A DNA stretch of 64,000 bases from Gammaproteobacteria bacterium (GTDB taxonomy: Bacteria > Pseudomonadota > Gammaproteobacteria > SURF-13): the NCBI GenBank assembly GCA_030655395.1, contig JAURVQ010000033.1:493-64492 (forward strand). The letters run 5' to 3'. The notes beneath the pieces were generated by a model. The model was not told where the DNA came from, did not search any database, and saw nothing but the letters and a program-made list of their open reading frames with translations. This document shows, in pieces, positions 21,039 through 31,448 of this stretch. How positions within the stretch are numbered: the stretch's first letter is position 1; each line of letters begins with the position of its first letter. Position numbers and translations under genes: made by a program.

Positions 21039-21793
21039 AACCCGCCACCACTCGCCGCGCGTGGATCAACTACGGCCTGCTCGGTCTCGCGGCCTATGTG
21101 ATTTTCCTGCTGGCCACCGTGCCTGCGGCGCGTGTTTATCCGCTGCTGCAAACCCGCCTCGCCCCGCTCACTTTATACGGTCTCGAAGGCACGCTGTGGC
21201 AGGGCCGCGCACGCACCGCCGACATCGGTGCTTATCGCGTCGGCCCCTTCAGTTGGGAATTGCATATAGGGAAGCTGCTGCTCGGGCGCGTCGAGGCAGA
21301 GGTGGGCTTTCGCGGCAACGGTGAGGGCGAGGCGGTGATCGCCCGCACCCTCGGTGGCGAGTTCCGTGTGCGTGTAGCGAATGCGAATGTGCCGGTGGCG
21401 GAGACGGCGGCCTGGCTGCCGCCGCTGGTCGTGAGCGGGGGCGGGCATCTGGTGATCCGGCAAGCGGACATGGTGCTGCACGGCGGACGTATCAGCGCGG
21501 CGCAGGGCAGCGTGCTCTGGCGCGAAGGAGTGACGCCGCCGCAGCAGTCCGCGCCGCTGGGTGATCTGGCCATGCACTTCGACACCCGCGACGGTGTCAT
21601 TAAGGGCACTCTGCTCGACAAGGGCGGGCCGGTGCAGGCGCAGGGCGTGCTGACGCTCAAGGCCGACGGCGCTTATCAGTTCAGCGGCACGCTCGGCGCG
21701 CGCGATGCCACATTGGCGCCCGCGTTGCAGGCGTTTGGCCCCGCCGGCGCGGACGGTAAAATCACATTGTCCTACCAGGGACGCTACCCCTGA
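21035..21793 (+). CDS. gspN: type II secretion system protein GspN
   Basis: 252 aa with an N-terminal TM, last gene of the gspC-N block; overlapping start. Confidence 0.55.
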   Translation: MKPATTRRAWINYGLLGLAAYVIFLLATVPAARVYPLLQTRLAPLTLYGLEGTLWQGRARTADIGAYRVGPFSWELHIGKLLLGRVEAEVGFRGNGEGEAVIARTLGGEFRVRVANANVPVAETAAWLPPLVVSGGGHLVIRQADMVLHGGRISAAQGSVLWREGVTPPQQSAPLGDLAMHFDTRDGVIKGTLLDKGGPVQAQGVLTLKADGAYQFSGTLGARDATLAPALQAFGPAGADGKITLSYQGRYP

Positions 21794-23262
21794 TGAGCCG
21801 CGAAATCCTGATCAATGTGACACCGCGCGAAACGCGCGTCGCCGTGGTTGAAAACGGCGTGCTGCAGGACATCTTTATCGAGCGCGCGCACAAGCGCGGC
21901 CTGGTCGGCAACATCTACTATGGCCGCGTGAGCCGCGTGCTGCCCGGCATGCAGGCCGCGTTTGTGGACATCGGCCTGGAGCGCACCGCATTCCTGCACG
22001 CCTCCGACATCCTCACCGTCGGCAACGGCGACGAGCCGGAGGAGAAAAAAGCGGTCGAGCCGATTACCACGCTGCTGCGCGACGGCCAGGAGCTGCTGGT
22101 GCAGGTGGTCAAAGACCCGCTCGGCAGCAAGGGCGCGCGCCTCACCACGCAGATTTCCGTCGCTTCGCGTTACCTCGTGTTCATGCCCAACACGACGCAC
22201 ATCGGCGTATCGCAGCGTATCGAAGACCCCGCCGAGCGGCAACGCCTGAAGGACATCATCAAGGAACTCAGTCCGCCTGCGGCGAGCGGCGGCTACATTA
22301 TCCGCACCATGACCGAAGGCGTGAGCGCGGACGATCTGCGCGCGGACATGGAATTTCTGCACAAGTTGTGGACCTCGATTGAAGAGCGCGCGCGCAGTGA
22401 ACAGGCGCCGGCGGTGATCCATGAGGATCTGCCGCTGGTGATGCGCACCATGCGCGATCTGGTGGAGGTGGAAGTGGAGAAGGTGCGCATCGACTCGCGC
22501 GAAACCCATCAGCGCGTGCTCCAGTTCGCGCAAAAATTCATTCCGCAGATCGTCGAGCGCATCGAGCACTATCCCGGCGAGCGCCCGATCTTCGATCTCT
22601 ACAGCGTGGAAGACGAAATTCAGAAGGCGCTGGAGCGCAAGGTGCAACTCAAGTCGGGCGGTTATCTCATGTTCGATCAGACCGAGGCGCTGACCACGGT
22701 CGATGTCAATACCGGCGCCTTCGTCGGCCACCGCAATCTGGAAGAGACCATCTTCAAGACCAACCTGGAGGCGGCGCAGACGATCGCGCGCCAGTTGCGC
22801 CTGCGTAATCTGGGCGGCATCATCATCATCGATTTTATCGACATGACCGACCTCGACCACCGGCGTCAGGTGCTGCGTGCGCTCGGCAAGGCGCTGGAAC
22901 GCGATCACGTCAAGACCCATATCTCCGAGGTGTCCGCGCTCGGGCTGGTGGAGATGACGCGCAAGCGCACGCGCGAGAGTCTGGAGCACGTGCTGTGCGA
23001 GCCGTGTCCCGCCTGTCAGGGGCGGGGCTCGCTCAAGACCGCCGAGACCGTGTGCTACGAAATCTTCCGCGAGATTTTGCGCGAGGCGCGCCAGTTCGAG
23101 GCGCAGCGCTTTCTGGTCATGGCCTCGCAGGAGGTGGTGGGTCTGCTGCTGGATGAAGAGACCACCGGCCTCGCGGAGCTGGAGGAGTTCATCGGCAAGC
23201 CGATACGCCTGCAGGTGGAGACGCAGTACACGCAGGAACAATATGACGTAGTGTTGACCTAA
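21793..23262 (+). CDS. rng: ribonuclease G (RNase G, CafA)
   Basis: S1 domain plus RNase E/G catalytic core (MSREILINVTPRETRVAVVENGVLQDIFIER...). A 494-aa antisense ORF on the minus strand is a GC shadow. Confidence 0.85.
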   Translation: MSREILINVTPRETRVAVVENGVLQDIFIERAHKRGLVGNIYYGRVSRVLPGMQAAFVDIGLERTAFLHASDILTVGNGDEPEEKKAVEPITTLLRDGQELLVQVVKDPLGSKGARLTTQISVASRYLVFMPNTTHIGVSQRIEDPAERQRLKDIIKELSPPAASGGYIIRTMTEGVSADDLRADMEFLHKLWTSIEERARSEQAPAVIHEDLPLVMRTMRDLVEVEVEKVRIDSRETHQRVLQFAQKFIPQIVERIEHYPGERPIFDLYSVEDEIQKALERKVQLKSGGYLMFDQTEALTTVDVNTGAFVGHRNLEETIFKTNLEAAQTIARQLRLRNLGGIIIIDFIDMTDLDHRRQVLRALGKALERDHVKTHISEVSALGLVEMTRKRTRESLEHVLCEPCPACQGRGSLKTAETVCYEIFREILREARQFEAQRFLVMASQEVVGLLLDEETTGLAELEEFIGKPIRLQVETQYTQEQYDVVLT

Positions 23263-23283
23263 GAGCACCCTTTAAGACACGCA

Positions 23284-26200
23284 ATGCGCAAAACCCGATA
23301 CAGATTACAGGCCATGCTGCACCGGTTGATGGCGGCGAGCCATATCACGCTGCGCCATACCTGGAAGATGGCCATCATCACCTCCGTCGTTCTCGTCATC
23401 GCGGCGGGGGCGCTGCTCGGTGTGGCGCGCCTGCTGTCACCCATGGCGGGCGAGTTCCGCGGCGACATCGAGGTGTGGGCGAGCGCCGCCGCCGGTCAGC
23501 CGGTGAAGATCGGCGCCCTCAGGGCCGACTGGTCCGGCCTGTTGCCGCAGATCAGGTTGACCGACGTGCGTGTGTACGATGTGCAGGGCGCACGGGTGTT
23601 GCTGCGCTTCAGCGACATGCGCATGCGCGTCGACCCGGTGGTGTATCTGCGCGACGGGCGCGTGGAGCCCAGCCATCTCTCGCTTGAGGGCGTGAGCCTG
23701 TCGCTGATCCGCACGCCGCAAGGCAATGTGGTGCTGGAAGGATTTGAAGACCGTACTCTGTCGGATGGCACCTTCGTGCAATGGCTGCTGCGGCAGGGGC
23801 GGCTCGATATACGGCAGAGCCGGATAGCCTGGACCGACCGGGAGGCCGGCCGGGCGCGCCGGAGTTTCAGTGACGTGAATCTCCTGCTGCGCACTGACGG
23901 TAAACGCCATCAGTTGAGCGGCACGCTGGCGCTGCCCGGCACAACGCCTTCACCCGTGACGCTCGCGCTCGACTTCGGCGGCGATCTCAATGCACTCGCC
24001 ACCTGGAGTGGCAAGGTCTACCTGCAGGCCGGCGCGCTTGATCTGGCGGCGCTGCAGCGTGAGTTGCAATGGCTGCCCAGCGTGACATTGCAGGGCGCGG
24101 CCGATTTCGAACTCTGGGGCATCTGGAGCGGCACGCGGCTGCAACGGCTGGAGGGCGAGGTCGCTGCGCGCGGCGTGCGTGTTGCGGCGTCAGGCCAGCC
24201 GCCGCTGCTGATCCGCCAGGCGAGCGCGCAACTCCAGTGGCAGCGTGAGGACTCCGGCTGGCGTCTCTCCGCCGAGCGCTTTGTGCTGCAACGCGCAGCG
24301 GCCTCGGCGCCGTCACGTTTTGTCGTCGTCTCGCATATAGAAAAAGACGTCCGCGTGCTGGACGCGCGCTTCAGTGAATGGCACATGGAAGATGCCGCTG
24401 CACTGTTGCTGGCTGGCGCTGCGCTGGCGCCCGCCCTTGCCGAACCGCTGCGCGGGCTGGAACCGCGCGGCGTGTTGCGAGACGTGCGCGTGCGCTTCAC
24501 GCCGGCGCCTTCCACGGCGCCGGCCGCGTCACCGGCGTCGGTTGCAGACACCTTCAAGAACTTCTATCTGCGCGCCCAGGTCGCGGGCCTGCACACACGC
24601 GCCTACCGCTCCCTGCCGGCGCTCGATAACGTCAGTGGTGTGTTGCAGTGCGACGAGCGCTCCGGCGCCTTCGAGTTGAACACACGCAGCGCGCAACTCA
24701 CAGGACTGTTGCGCAAGCCGCTCGCCATCGCCCAGGCCACGGGCCGGGTGGGCTGGCAGCGCGGCGAGCACGCGTGGCGCGTCGGGCTGGAGGCGCTCGA
24801 TATCAGGAATGACGACATCGGCGCGCAGGTGACCGGCACCATCGACTGGCCGCTCGACGGCGGTTCGCCGCTGGTCGATCTGCAATCGCGTTTTGATATC
24901 CCGCGCATCGGCCGCGTGCCGGATTATCTGCCGGAGCAACTGCCGGAAAAGGCCCGCGCCTGGATCACGCGCGCGCTGGTCACGGGGCGCGTCCCCTCCG
25001 GCACGGCGCTGGTGCGCGGACGGCTGAGTGATTTTCCGTTCGACGCCAGCAACGGATTGTTCGAGGCGCGCCTGAATGTAAGCGACACCGTACTGGATTA
25101 CGAAGCGGGCTGGCCGTGGGTGGGTGAGCTCGAAGGCGAGGTGGTGTTGCGCGGACGCAGCCTGGAGATCAATGCCGTCGCGGGCAAGATTTTCGACTCC
25201 AGCGTGCAGAAGATCAGCGCCGTGGTTCCCGACCTGTTGCTGGATGAGCCGCAGCTCACGATTCGCGGCGAGGTGCGCGGCGCGACCACCGATGTGCTGC
25301 GCCTGTTGCGTGAGAGTCCGCTGAAAGACAAGCTGGCAAACACCGTGGCGGGACTGAGCGCGGGCGGACAGGTCACGCTCGATCTGGATATGCTGATTCC
25401 GCTCTCGGTGCAGCCCAATCAGATCAAGGGCGCGTTGCAGTTCAGGGACAGCGCCCTGCGTTACGTGGACAAGGCGCAGGAGCACGACATCGAGCTTACG
25501 CGCATCAACGGCACGCTCAATTTTACCGGTGACCTGCACCTCACCGGCAACGACATCGATGCCGTCCTGCTCAATCACAAGATCAAGCTTGCGCTGAAGA
25601 GCGAGACCCCGGATGCGCCTGCGGGCCGGGCCAGACAGGCGCTGGTGATCGAGGCGCGCGGCCGCACCGATCCCGCCGACCTGTCGCGCCAGTTGAAGCG
25701 CATTGCGCCTGATCTGCCGGCGGGCGCGCTCGATACCCTGCGCGGCAGCACCGACTGGCTCGCCGCGCTGCAACTGCGGGCGGGTGCGGGCAGTAATGTC
25801 GAGGCCGACTGGCGGCTGGAGTCGTCGTTGCAGGGCATGGCGCTGCAGTGGCCGGAGCCCGTGGGCAAGGCCGCGCCGGAGGCGGTGCGGCTGGTGCTGG
25901 AATCCGTGCCGGGCAGCGGACAAAACCGGCGCTTCGCCCTGCGCTATGGCAGCCGTCTGAACGGCGTGTTTGAATTCGCACGTGCCAAAAAGACCTGGGA
26001 TCTGGCGCGCGGGGAGTTGCGCTTCGGCGTCACCGCTGCGGCCCTGCCGCCGCAGGGGCTGCGCATCAGCGGCGAACTCGCGCGTCTCCCGGTCACCGAC
26101 TGGCAGGAGTTTCTCGCCCGCGGCGGCAGTCAAGCCGGCGGGATGGCCGCCAAAGTCAATTCGGTCGATGTGCGCATCGGCGCGCTGGAGGTGTTCGGAC

Positions 26201-27231
26201 AACACTTCAGTAACACCCAAATCCGCGCCACCCAGACGCCGCAGGCGTGGGAGGCGAATCTCGGCGGCGAGGGACTTGCCGGCAGCCTGTATCTGCCGCG
26301 CGCGAAGGAGGCCGCGCTGGTGCTGAATCTGGAGCGCATGCATCTCAATAAGGTCGAGGGCAGTGCGTCCATGGGTTCAAAGGGGTCCGATCCGCGCCAC
26401 TGGCCGCCGTTGCGCATCGACGTCGCGAGCTTCAAATACGCTGATGCCGAACTGGGACGCCTGCATCTCGATGCCGCCAAGCGCAGCAGCGGCCTGCGCA
26501 TCGATAGCCTGAGTCTCGTGTCACCGAGTTTTCAGATCAATGGACAGGGCGACTGGGTGGTGGAGCAGGACAAGCCTGCGTCGCGCTTTATGCTCAAGGC
26601 CAGCAGCGAGGATCTGGGCAAGATGCTCACCGCCTTCGGTTATGCCGCCTCGGTGTCCGGCGGCAAGAGCCAGTTTGATCTCACCGCGGCCTGGGCAGGC
26701 ACGCCCGCCGATTTTGCGCTTGAGCGGTTGAACGGAAACCTGTCGCTCAAGGTGACGAAGGGACGGCTGCTGGAGGTCGACCCCGGTGCCGGACGCGTGT
26801 TCGGGCTGCTGAGCCTGCAGGCGCTGCCGCGCCGGCTCACGCTCGACTTCAGCGATATCTTCGCCAAGGGTTTCAGCTTCGACCGCATCGAAGGTTATTT
26901 TGTGTTCGAGAACGGCAACGCCTACACCACCAATCTCGTCATGGAGGGGCCCTCGGCCACCATCACCGTGACCGGGCGCACTGGGCTTGCGGCCAAGGAT
27001 TACGACCAGATAGTGACGGTGAAACCCGAAATCAGCGAGGGCTTGTCGGTGGGCGCGGGGCTCGTGGGCGGCCCGGTGGTGGGCCTGGGCCTGTTTCTCG
27101 CCGATAAATTGTTACCCGGACTCAAGGATATCGCGACCTACCAGTACACGATCAAAGGGCCGTGGAAAGAACCCGTCATCGCGCCTCTGGAGCAGCAGGA
27201 CAAGGCGGCGAAGAAAAAGAGCGCGGGGTGA
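23284..27231 (+). CDS. yhdP: YhdP-family (AsmA-like) large inner-membrane-anchored protein
   Basis: 1315 aa with an N-terminal TM and a long beta-rich periplasmic region, located immediately after rng as in the E. coli rng-yhdP arrangement. Confidence 0.65.
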   Translation: MRKTRYRLQAMLHRLMAASHITLRHTWKMAIITSVVLVIAAGALLGVARLLSPMAGEFRGDIEVWASAAAGQPVKIGALRADWSGLLPQIRLTDVRVYDVQGARVLLRFSDMRMRVDPVVYLRDGRVEPSHLSLEGVSLSLIRTPQGNVVLEGFEDRTLSDGTFVQWLLRQGRLDIRQSRIAWTDREAGRARRSFSDVNLLLRTDGKRHQLSGTLALPGTTPSPVTLALDFGGDLNALATWSGKVYLQAGALDLAALQRELQWLPSVTLQGAADFELWGIWSGTRLQRLEGEVAARGVRVAASGQPPLLIRQASAQLQWQREDSGWRLSAERFVLQRAAASAPSRFVVVSHIEKDVRVLDARFSEWHMEDAAALLLAGAALAPALAEPLRGLEPRGVLRDVRVRFTPAPSTAPAASPASVADTFKNFYLRAQVAGLHTRAYRSLPALDNVSGVLQCDERSGAFELNTRSAQLTGLLRKPLAIAQATGRVGWQRGEHAWRVGLEALDIRNDDIGAQVTGTIDWPLDGGSPLVDLQSRFDIPRIGRVPDYLPEQLPEKARAWITRALVTGRVPSGTALVRGRLSDFPFDASNGLFEARLNVSDTVLDYEAGWPWVGELEGEVVLRGRSLEINAVAGKIFDSSVQKISAVVPDLLLDEPQLTIRGEVRGATTDVLRLLRESPLKDKLANTVAGLSAGGQVTLDLDMLIPLSVQPNQIKGALQFRDSALRYVDKAQEHDIELTRINGTLNFTGDLHLTGNDIDAVLLNHKIKLALKSETPDAPAGRARQALVIEARGRTDPADLSRQLKRIAPDLPAGALDTLRGSTDWLAALQLRAGAGSNVEADWRLESSLQGMALQWPEPVGKAAPEAVRLVLESVPGSGQNRRFALRYGSRLNGVFEFARAKKTWDLARGELRFGVTAAALPPQGLRISGELARLPVTDWQEFLARGGSQAGGMAAKVNSVDVRIGALEVFGQHFSNTQIRATQTPQAWEANLGGEGLAGSLYLPRAKEAALVLNLERMHLNKVEGSASMGSKGSDPRHWPPLRIDVASFKYADAELGRLHLDAAKRSSGLRIDSLSLVSPSFQINGQGDWVVEQDKPASRFMLKASSEDLGKMLTAFGYAASVSGGKSQFDLTAAWAGTPADFALERLNGNLSLKVTKGRLLEVDPGAGRVFGLLSLQALPRRLTLDFSDIFAKGFSFDRIEGYFVFENGNAYTTNLVMEGPSATITVTGRTGLAAKDYDQIVTVKPEISEGLSVGAGLVGGPVVGLGLFLADKLLPGLKDIATYQYTIKGPWKEPVIAPLEQQDKAAKKKSAG

Positions 27232-27336
27232 GTGTGTCAAATCTGCTAGAATTTTTTCAGCGGTTGTAGGCCGGAACGTGCCGCACTGTGTTGAACCGGA
27301 GCGATGGACCTTAATCTTGAAGAAGGAGCCTTGAGT

Positions 27337-27948
27337 ATGAAACGACTGATGCTGATAAGCGGCGTGCTGGCCTTGGTGCTCGGCGCCTGCGGCAAAGAGG
27401 AAGAGACCACTATCACGCCGACGTCGGAAGAGGCGGCCCCGGCAACCCCGGCACCCGCCGTCTCCGCACCGATGACAGCGCCGGTGACAGCCCCGGCGCC
27501 TGCGGCCCCGGCAGCACCGCCTGCACCGGTTGCGGCACCCGCTCCCGCCGCCACTCCCGCTCCCGCGGCACCAGCTCCTGCGCCTGCGGCCAAGGAGGCG
27601 GCCCCGGCAGCACCCGCCGCTGTCCCTGCGATCAAGGAGGCGGCACCCGCCCCGGCGCCCGCTGCCTCTGGCGGCGCGCTCGACATGGAGGCCGGCAAGG
27701 CGCTCGCCAAGCAGAGCGGTTGTCTCGCCTGTCACAACATCGAACAGAAGCGCGTCGGCCCGTCATGGAACGATGTGGGCAAGAAATACAAGGGCGACGC
27801 GGGTGCGCGTGACAACCTCATCAAGTGGGTGCACGCCGGCGGCACCGGGCGCTGGCAGATGGGCACGATGCCGGCGTATTCGCCGCGCGTGCCGGACGCC
27901 GACATCGAGAAACTGGTGGACTTCATGCTCTCGCTGCCCAAGGAGTAG
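27337..27948 (+). CDS. c-type cytochrome lipoprotein (class I, c551/c552-like) with Ala/Pro-rich linker
   Basis: Lipobox LVLGAC, an approximately 80-aa AP-rich low-complexity linker, a CLACH heme-binding motif and a distal Met (GTMPAY). GAAGGAG RBS before ATG 27337. Confidence 0.7.
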   Translation: MKRLMLISGVLALVLGACGKEEETTITPTSEEAAPATPAPAVSAPMTAPVTAPAPAAPAAPPAPVAAPAPAATPAPAAPAPAPAAKEAAPAAPAAVPAIKEAAPAPAPAASGGALDMEAGKALAKQSGCLACHNIEQKRVGPSWNDVGKKYKGDAGARDNLIKWVHAGGTGRWQMGTMPAYSPRVPDADIEKLVDFMLSLPKE

Positions 27949-27997
27949 CACATCGCGCGGCCCTGTCACAGGGCGCACACTGAAGCGCAGAAATATT

Positions 27998-28037
27998 CCC
28001 TCCCCTTGCTTGCAACAAGGGGAGGGTGTTGTTGTCC
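27998..28037 (+). terminator. Candidate rho-independent terminator after the cytochrome c gene
   Basis: Perfect 11-bp GC-rich stem, ccctccccttg (cttgcaa) caaggggaggg, followed by tgttgttgtcc. Confidence 0.35.
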
Positions 28038-28080
28038 ACAGTAGGTGGATGACTTAGTTGCCTGACCAATCTTCAGACCA

Positions 28081-29511
28081 ATGCATTCAATGGGGCACAG
28101 GACAGCACGGCTGGTGTACAGGTATTTGCCTGCGCTTGCAGTGGCTCTGACAGTCAGCCTTCCGGCGGCGGCGGATACGGCAGACCCTTTTGCGACCGGA
28201 GACCTGGTCGCCAAATCCCAGGCCACCAGCATCAATAGACCCACGGCGTTGCCCTGCAATTTCAGCAACGCAGACAAGGCGCCGCTGTCCCTGCCCGACG
28301 TGGTGGAACGCGCGCTGTGCAACAATCCGCAAACCCGTGAGGCGTGGGCGAACGCGCGGGCGCAGGCGGCACAAGTCGGTGTGAGTGCATCGGCCTTTCT
28401 GCCCTCCATCAACGCCACCGGCTCGTTCACCCACAACAACACCAGCAGTACGACCAGCAATCAGGAGAGCGTGGGCCTGTCGCTCACCTATCTGCTGTAC
28501 GATTTTGGCGGCCGCGACGCCACACTGGAAAATGCCAGACAGGTGCTGGCCGCGGTCAATGCCACGCAGGACGCCTCACTCCAGTCCGTGTTTCTGTCCG
28601 CAGTGCAGGCGTACTACCAGCTCTTTGCCACGCAGGCGGCCGTGGATGCCGCAATAGAAGCGGAGAAATCCGGCCGCGAAAGTTTCAATGCCGCCGCCGC
28701 CCGCTACAACGTGGGCAGCGGCACGCCGGCGGATAAATTGCAGACCCAGACCGCTTACTCGCAGGCGGTGCTGAACCGCATCCGCGCCGAGGGCGATAGC
28801 AGAAACGCGCAAGGCACGCTTGCCAACGTCATGGGGCTTGATGCGAACCTGGCGTTTGCGATCTCACCACCGCTGGCGCGAGCGCCCGATGTCCGGTTCG
28901 AAGGCGATGTTGCGCGCCTGATTGAAGCGGCGCGCAGGAACCGGCCCGACCTCGCCGCCGCAGAGGCGCAAATCAAGGCCGCACAGGCCAACGTCGCGGC
29001 GGTGCAGGCGTCCGGCAAGCCCAGCATTTCGCTTACCTCCGATCTCACTCGCAGCGATACGAGCAGCGCCGGGCCGCTCAACAGTGCCGCGCTGGGGGTC
29101 GCGGTGAGCATCCCGCTCTTTACCGGCTTCAATACCACTTACCGCACTCAAGCCGCGCAAGCCCAGGTCGAAACGCGCACCGCGCAGCGCGACCGCCTGA
29201 GCCAGCAGGTGGCGCTCGACGTGTGGAAGGCGTACCAGAACCTGACCACGGAAACACAGTCCCTGAAGACCAGCACCGACCTGTTGGCAAGTGCAGCCCA
29301 GTCGGAGCGTGTGGCACTGGGCCGCTACAAGGCGGGGGTTGGGAACATTCTGGATGTGCTGACCGCCCAGAGCGCGCTGGCGAGCGCACGGCAACAGAAC
29401 ATTCAGGCGCTGTATGCCTGGTACATCGCCAAGGCCACGCTCGCGCAGGCCATGGGGCAACTGGACTTCGCCGCCGTTGACTCGCCTCAGACCGGCAACC
29501 CATCACCCTAA
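28081..29511 (+). CDS. outer-membrane efflux protein (TolC/OprM-family OMF)
   Basis: 476 aa with a signal peptide and two OEP repeats showing typical coiled-coil periodicity. Confidence 0.8.
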   Translation: MHSMGHRTARLVYRYLPALAVALTVSLPAAADTADPFATGDLVAKSQATSINRPTALPCNFSNADKAPLSLPDVVERALCNNPQTREAWANARAQAAQVGVSASAFLPSINATGSFTHNNTSSTTSNQESVGLSLTYLLYDFGGRDATLENARQVLAAVNATQDASLQSVFLSAVQAYYQLFATQAAVDAAIEAEKSGRESFNAAAARYNVGSGTPADKLQTQTAYSQAVLNRIRAEGDSRNAQGTLANVMGLDANLAFAISPPLARAPDVRFEGDVARLIEAARRNRPDLAAAEAQIKAAQANVAAVQASGKPSISLTSDLTRSDTSSAGPLNSAALGVAVSIPLFTGFNTTYRTQAAQAQVETRTAQRDRLSQQVALDVWKAYQNLTTETQSLKTSTDLLASAAQSERVALGRYKAGVGNILDVLTAQSALASARQQNIQALYAWYIAKATLAQAMGQLDFAAVDSPQTGNPSP

Positions 29512-29536
29512 CCGCAACCACCGATGAATCAGGCAT

Positions 29537-30721
29537 ATGAATATCAGAAAATTACTGTGGAATAAATTCATCCTTGTGGCGGTGCTCGCGGTTATCGGCG
29601 GCGCCGGATTTTTTCTGTGGCAGCAGGGAAACCAGAAATCTTCCGGGGAACGCTACAAGACCCAAGCCGTTGAGTCGGGCGACATCACGCAAACGGTCTC
29701 GGCCAACGGCACGCTGAATCCGGTCGTGCTGGTCAGCGTGGGAACGCAGGTGTCTGGCACGGTGAAGAAGCTCTACGTGGACTTCAACGACCGGGTTAAA
29801 GAAGGCCAGATTCTGATGGAGCTCGACGCCTCTCTGTTTCAGGCGCAGGCGAAACAGAGCGAGGCCAACGTGAGCAATGTTCTGGCGACGCTCGACCTTG
29901 CTACCGCAAACGAAGCCAGAAGCCGCAGTCTCTACGCAGAGGAGTACATCTCGAAACAGGAGCTCGACCAGGCCGTGCAGGCATTGAAATCCGCCCGCGC
30001 ACAGCTTGCGTTAGCCAGGGCGCAGTTTGAGAAAGACCGCACCAATCTCGGCTACAGCGTCATCCGCTCGCCGGTGTCCGGTGTGGTGGTGGCGCGCGAG
30101 GTGGACGTGGGGCAGACCGTAGCAGCGAGCTTCCAGACCCCGACCTTGTTCAAGATCGCCCAGGATTTGCAGAAGATGCAAATCGACTCCAGCTTCGCCG
30201 AAGCGGACGTCGGCAATGTCAAAGAGGGTCAGGCGGTGAGGTTTACGGTGGATGCATTCCCCAACAAGTCCTTCGACGGCACGGTCAAGCAGGTGCGGCT
30301 AAATCCCACCACCCAGCAGAATGTAGTCACCTACAACGTGGTGGTAGGCGTGGATAACCCGGAGCAAATCCTGCTGCCCGGCATGACCGCCTACGTCAAC
30401 ATCATCGTGGCGAGCCGCAAGCATGTGCTGCTGGTGCCGAACGAGGCGCTGCGTTTCAAGCCGCAGGACGTCGCTGCCAAGGGCGAGAAGCGCAAGGGCA
30501 GGGACGACAAACGCGCAGCCGGCACGGGCACCGTTTATGTGCTGGAAAACAATCAGCTCAAGCCCGCTACCCTCGCCATCGGCATCACCGACAACCGTTC
30601 CAGCGAAATGCTTTCCGGCGCACTCAAGGCCGGAGATCAGGTGGTGGTGGAAGATACTCAGCTCTCCGGCGGCGCGAATCAGAATCAGTCTCCCGGTACG
30701 CTCAGAATGCGCATGTTCTGA
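29537..30721 (+). CDS. macA: macrolide-type efflux periplasmic adaptor (MacA/HlyD family)
   Basis: N-terminal TM, a coiled-coil hairpin and beta-barrel/MP domains, directly upstream of the MacB-type ATPase and permease genes. Confidence 0.75.
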   Translation: MNIRKLLWNKFILVAVLAVIGGAGFFLWQQGNQKSSGERYKTQAVESGDITQTVSANGTLNPVVLVSVGTQVSGTVKKLYVDFNDRVKEGQILMELDASLFQAQAKQSEANVSNVLATLDLATANEARSRSLYAEEYISKQELDQAVQALKSARAQLALARAQFEKDRTNLGYSVIRSPVSGVVVAREVDVGQTVAASFQTPTLFKIAQDLQKMQIDSSFAEADVGNVKEGQAVRFTVDAFPNKSFDGTVKQVRLNPTTQQNVVTYNVVVGVDNPEQILLPGMTAYVNIIVASRKHVLLVPNEALRFKPQDVAAKGEKRKGRDDKRAAGTGTVYVLENNQLKPATLAIGITDNRSSEMLSGALKAGDQVVVEDTQLSGGANQNQSPGTLRMRMF

Positions 30722-30731
30722 TGGGCACCTG

Positions 30732-31448
30732 ATGGCAAGCGAAGCAGTCATCCATGTAGAAAGGCTGTGCAAGCAGTACGAGACTGCTGCGGGCGCAGTG
30801 CCGGTGCTCAGAGACGTCAACCTCACCATTGCCCCCGGCGAATTTGTTGCCGTGATGGGCCCGTCCGGCTCGGGCAAGTCCACCTTCATGAACATCCTCG
30901 GATGCCTCGATACTCCCACCAGCGGCAGCTATGTGCTCAACGGCAAGGACGTCGGCACGCTGGACACCGACCAGTTGGCGCAACTCAGAAACGAAGTGAT
31001 CGGCTTCGTGTTTCAGGGTTTCAATCTCCTGCCGCGCGCCAACCTGGAGGATAACGTGGCGCTGCCGCTGGTCTACCGTGGCGTCACGAAAACCGCGCGC
31101 ACTGCGCAGGCACTTGAGATGCTTGAAAAGGTGGGGCTGAAGGGCTACGGGAATTCCATGTCCAACCAGATTTCCGGTGGGCAGCAGCAGCGCGCGGCGA
31201 TTGCCCGCGCACTGGTGAACCGCCCGCGTCTTATTCTGGCGGACGAGCCGACCGGCAATCTCGACACGGCGACCAGCCGCGAGATCATGCATCTCTTTAC
31301 GCGGCTCAACAAAGAAGACGGCATCACCATCGTGCTGGTCACCCACGAACACGACATCGCGGCTTACGCCAAACGGCTGGTGCAGTTTGTCGACGGCCGC
31401 GTGGTGCACGACGGCGCCGTGACCCATCTCGAGGAGGCGCCGGCATGA
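30732..31448 (+). CDS. ABC transporter ATP-binding protein (MacB-type, separate ATPase subunit)
   Basis: Internal start [16 protein letters not shown]; Walker [36 protein letters not shown]. Confidence 0.8.
   Translation: MASEAVIHVERLCKQYETAAGAVPVLRDVNLTIAPGEFVAVMGPSGSGKSTFMNILGCLDTPTSGSYVLNGKDVGTLDTDQLAQLRNEVIGFVFQGFNLLPRANLEDNVALPLVYRGVTKTARTAQALEMLEKVGLKGYGNSMSNQISGGQQQRAAIARALVNRPRLILADEPTGNLDTATSREIMHLFTRLNKEDGITIVLVTHEHDIAAYAKRLVQFVDGRVVHDGAVTHLEEAPA

Noticed and set aside
21784-23268. 494-aa minus-strand ORF antisense to rng, and similar long antisense ORFs: 13603..15045 (gspE), 24529..26343 (yhdP), 35281..36612 (lepA), 46873..48234 (purL), 52800..54200 (pilB), 54338..55855 (pilC), 61747..63354 (secA).
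   Set aside because: These are typical stop-codon-poor shadow ORFs of a 65% GC genome. Each lies opposite a gene with strong family motifs, and the antisense translations are Arg/Ala/Gly-rich low-complexity with no motifs.
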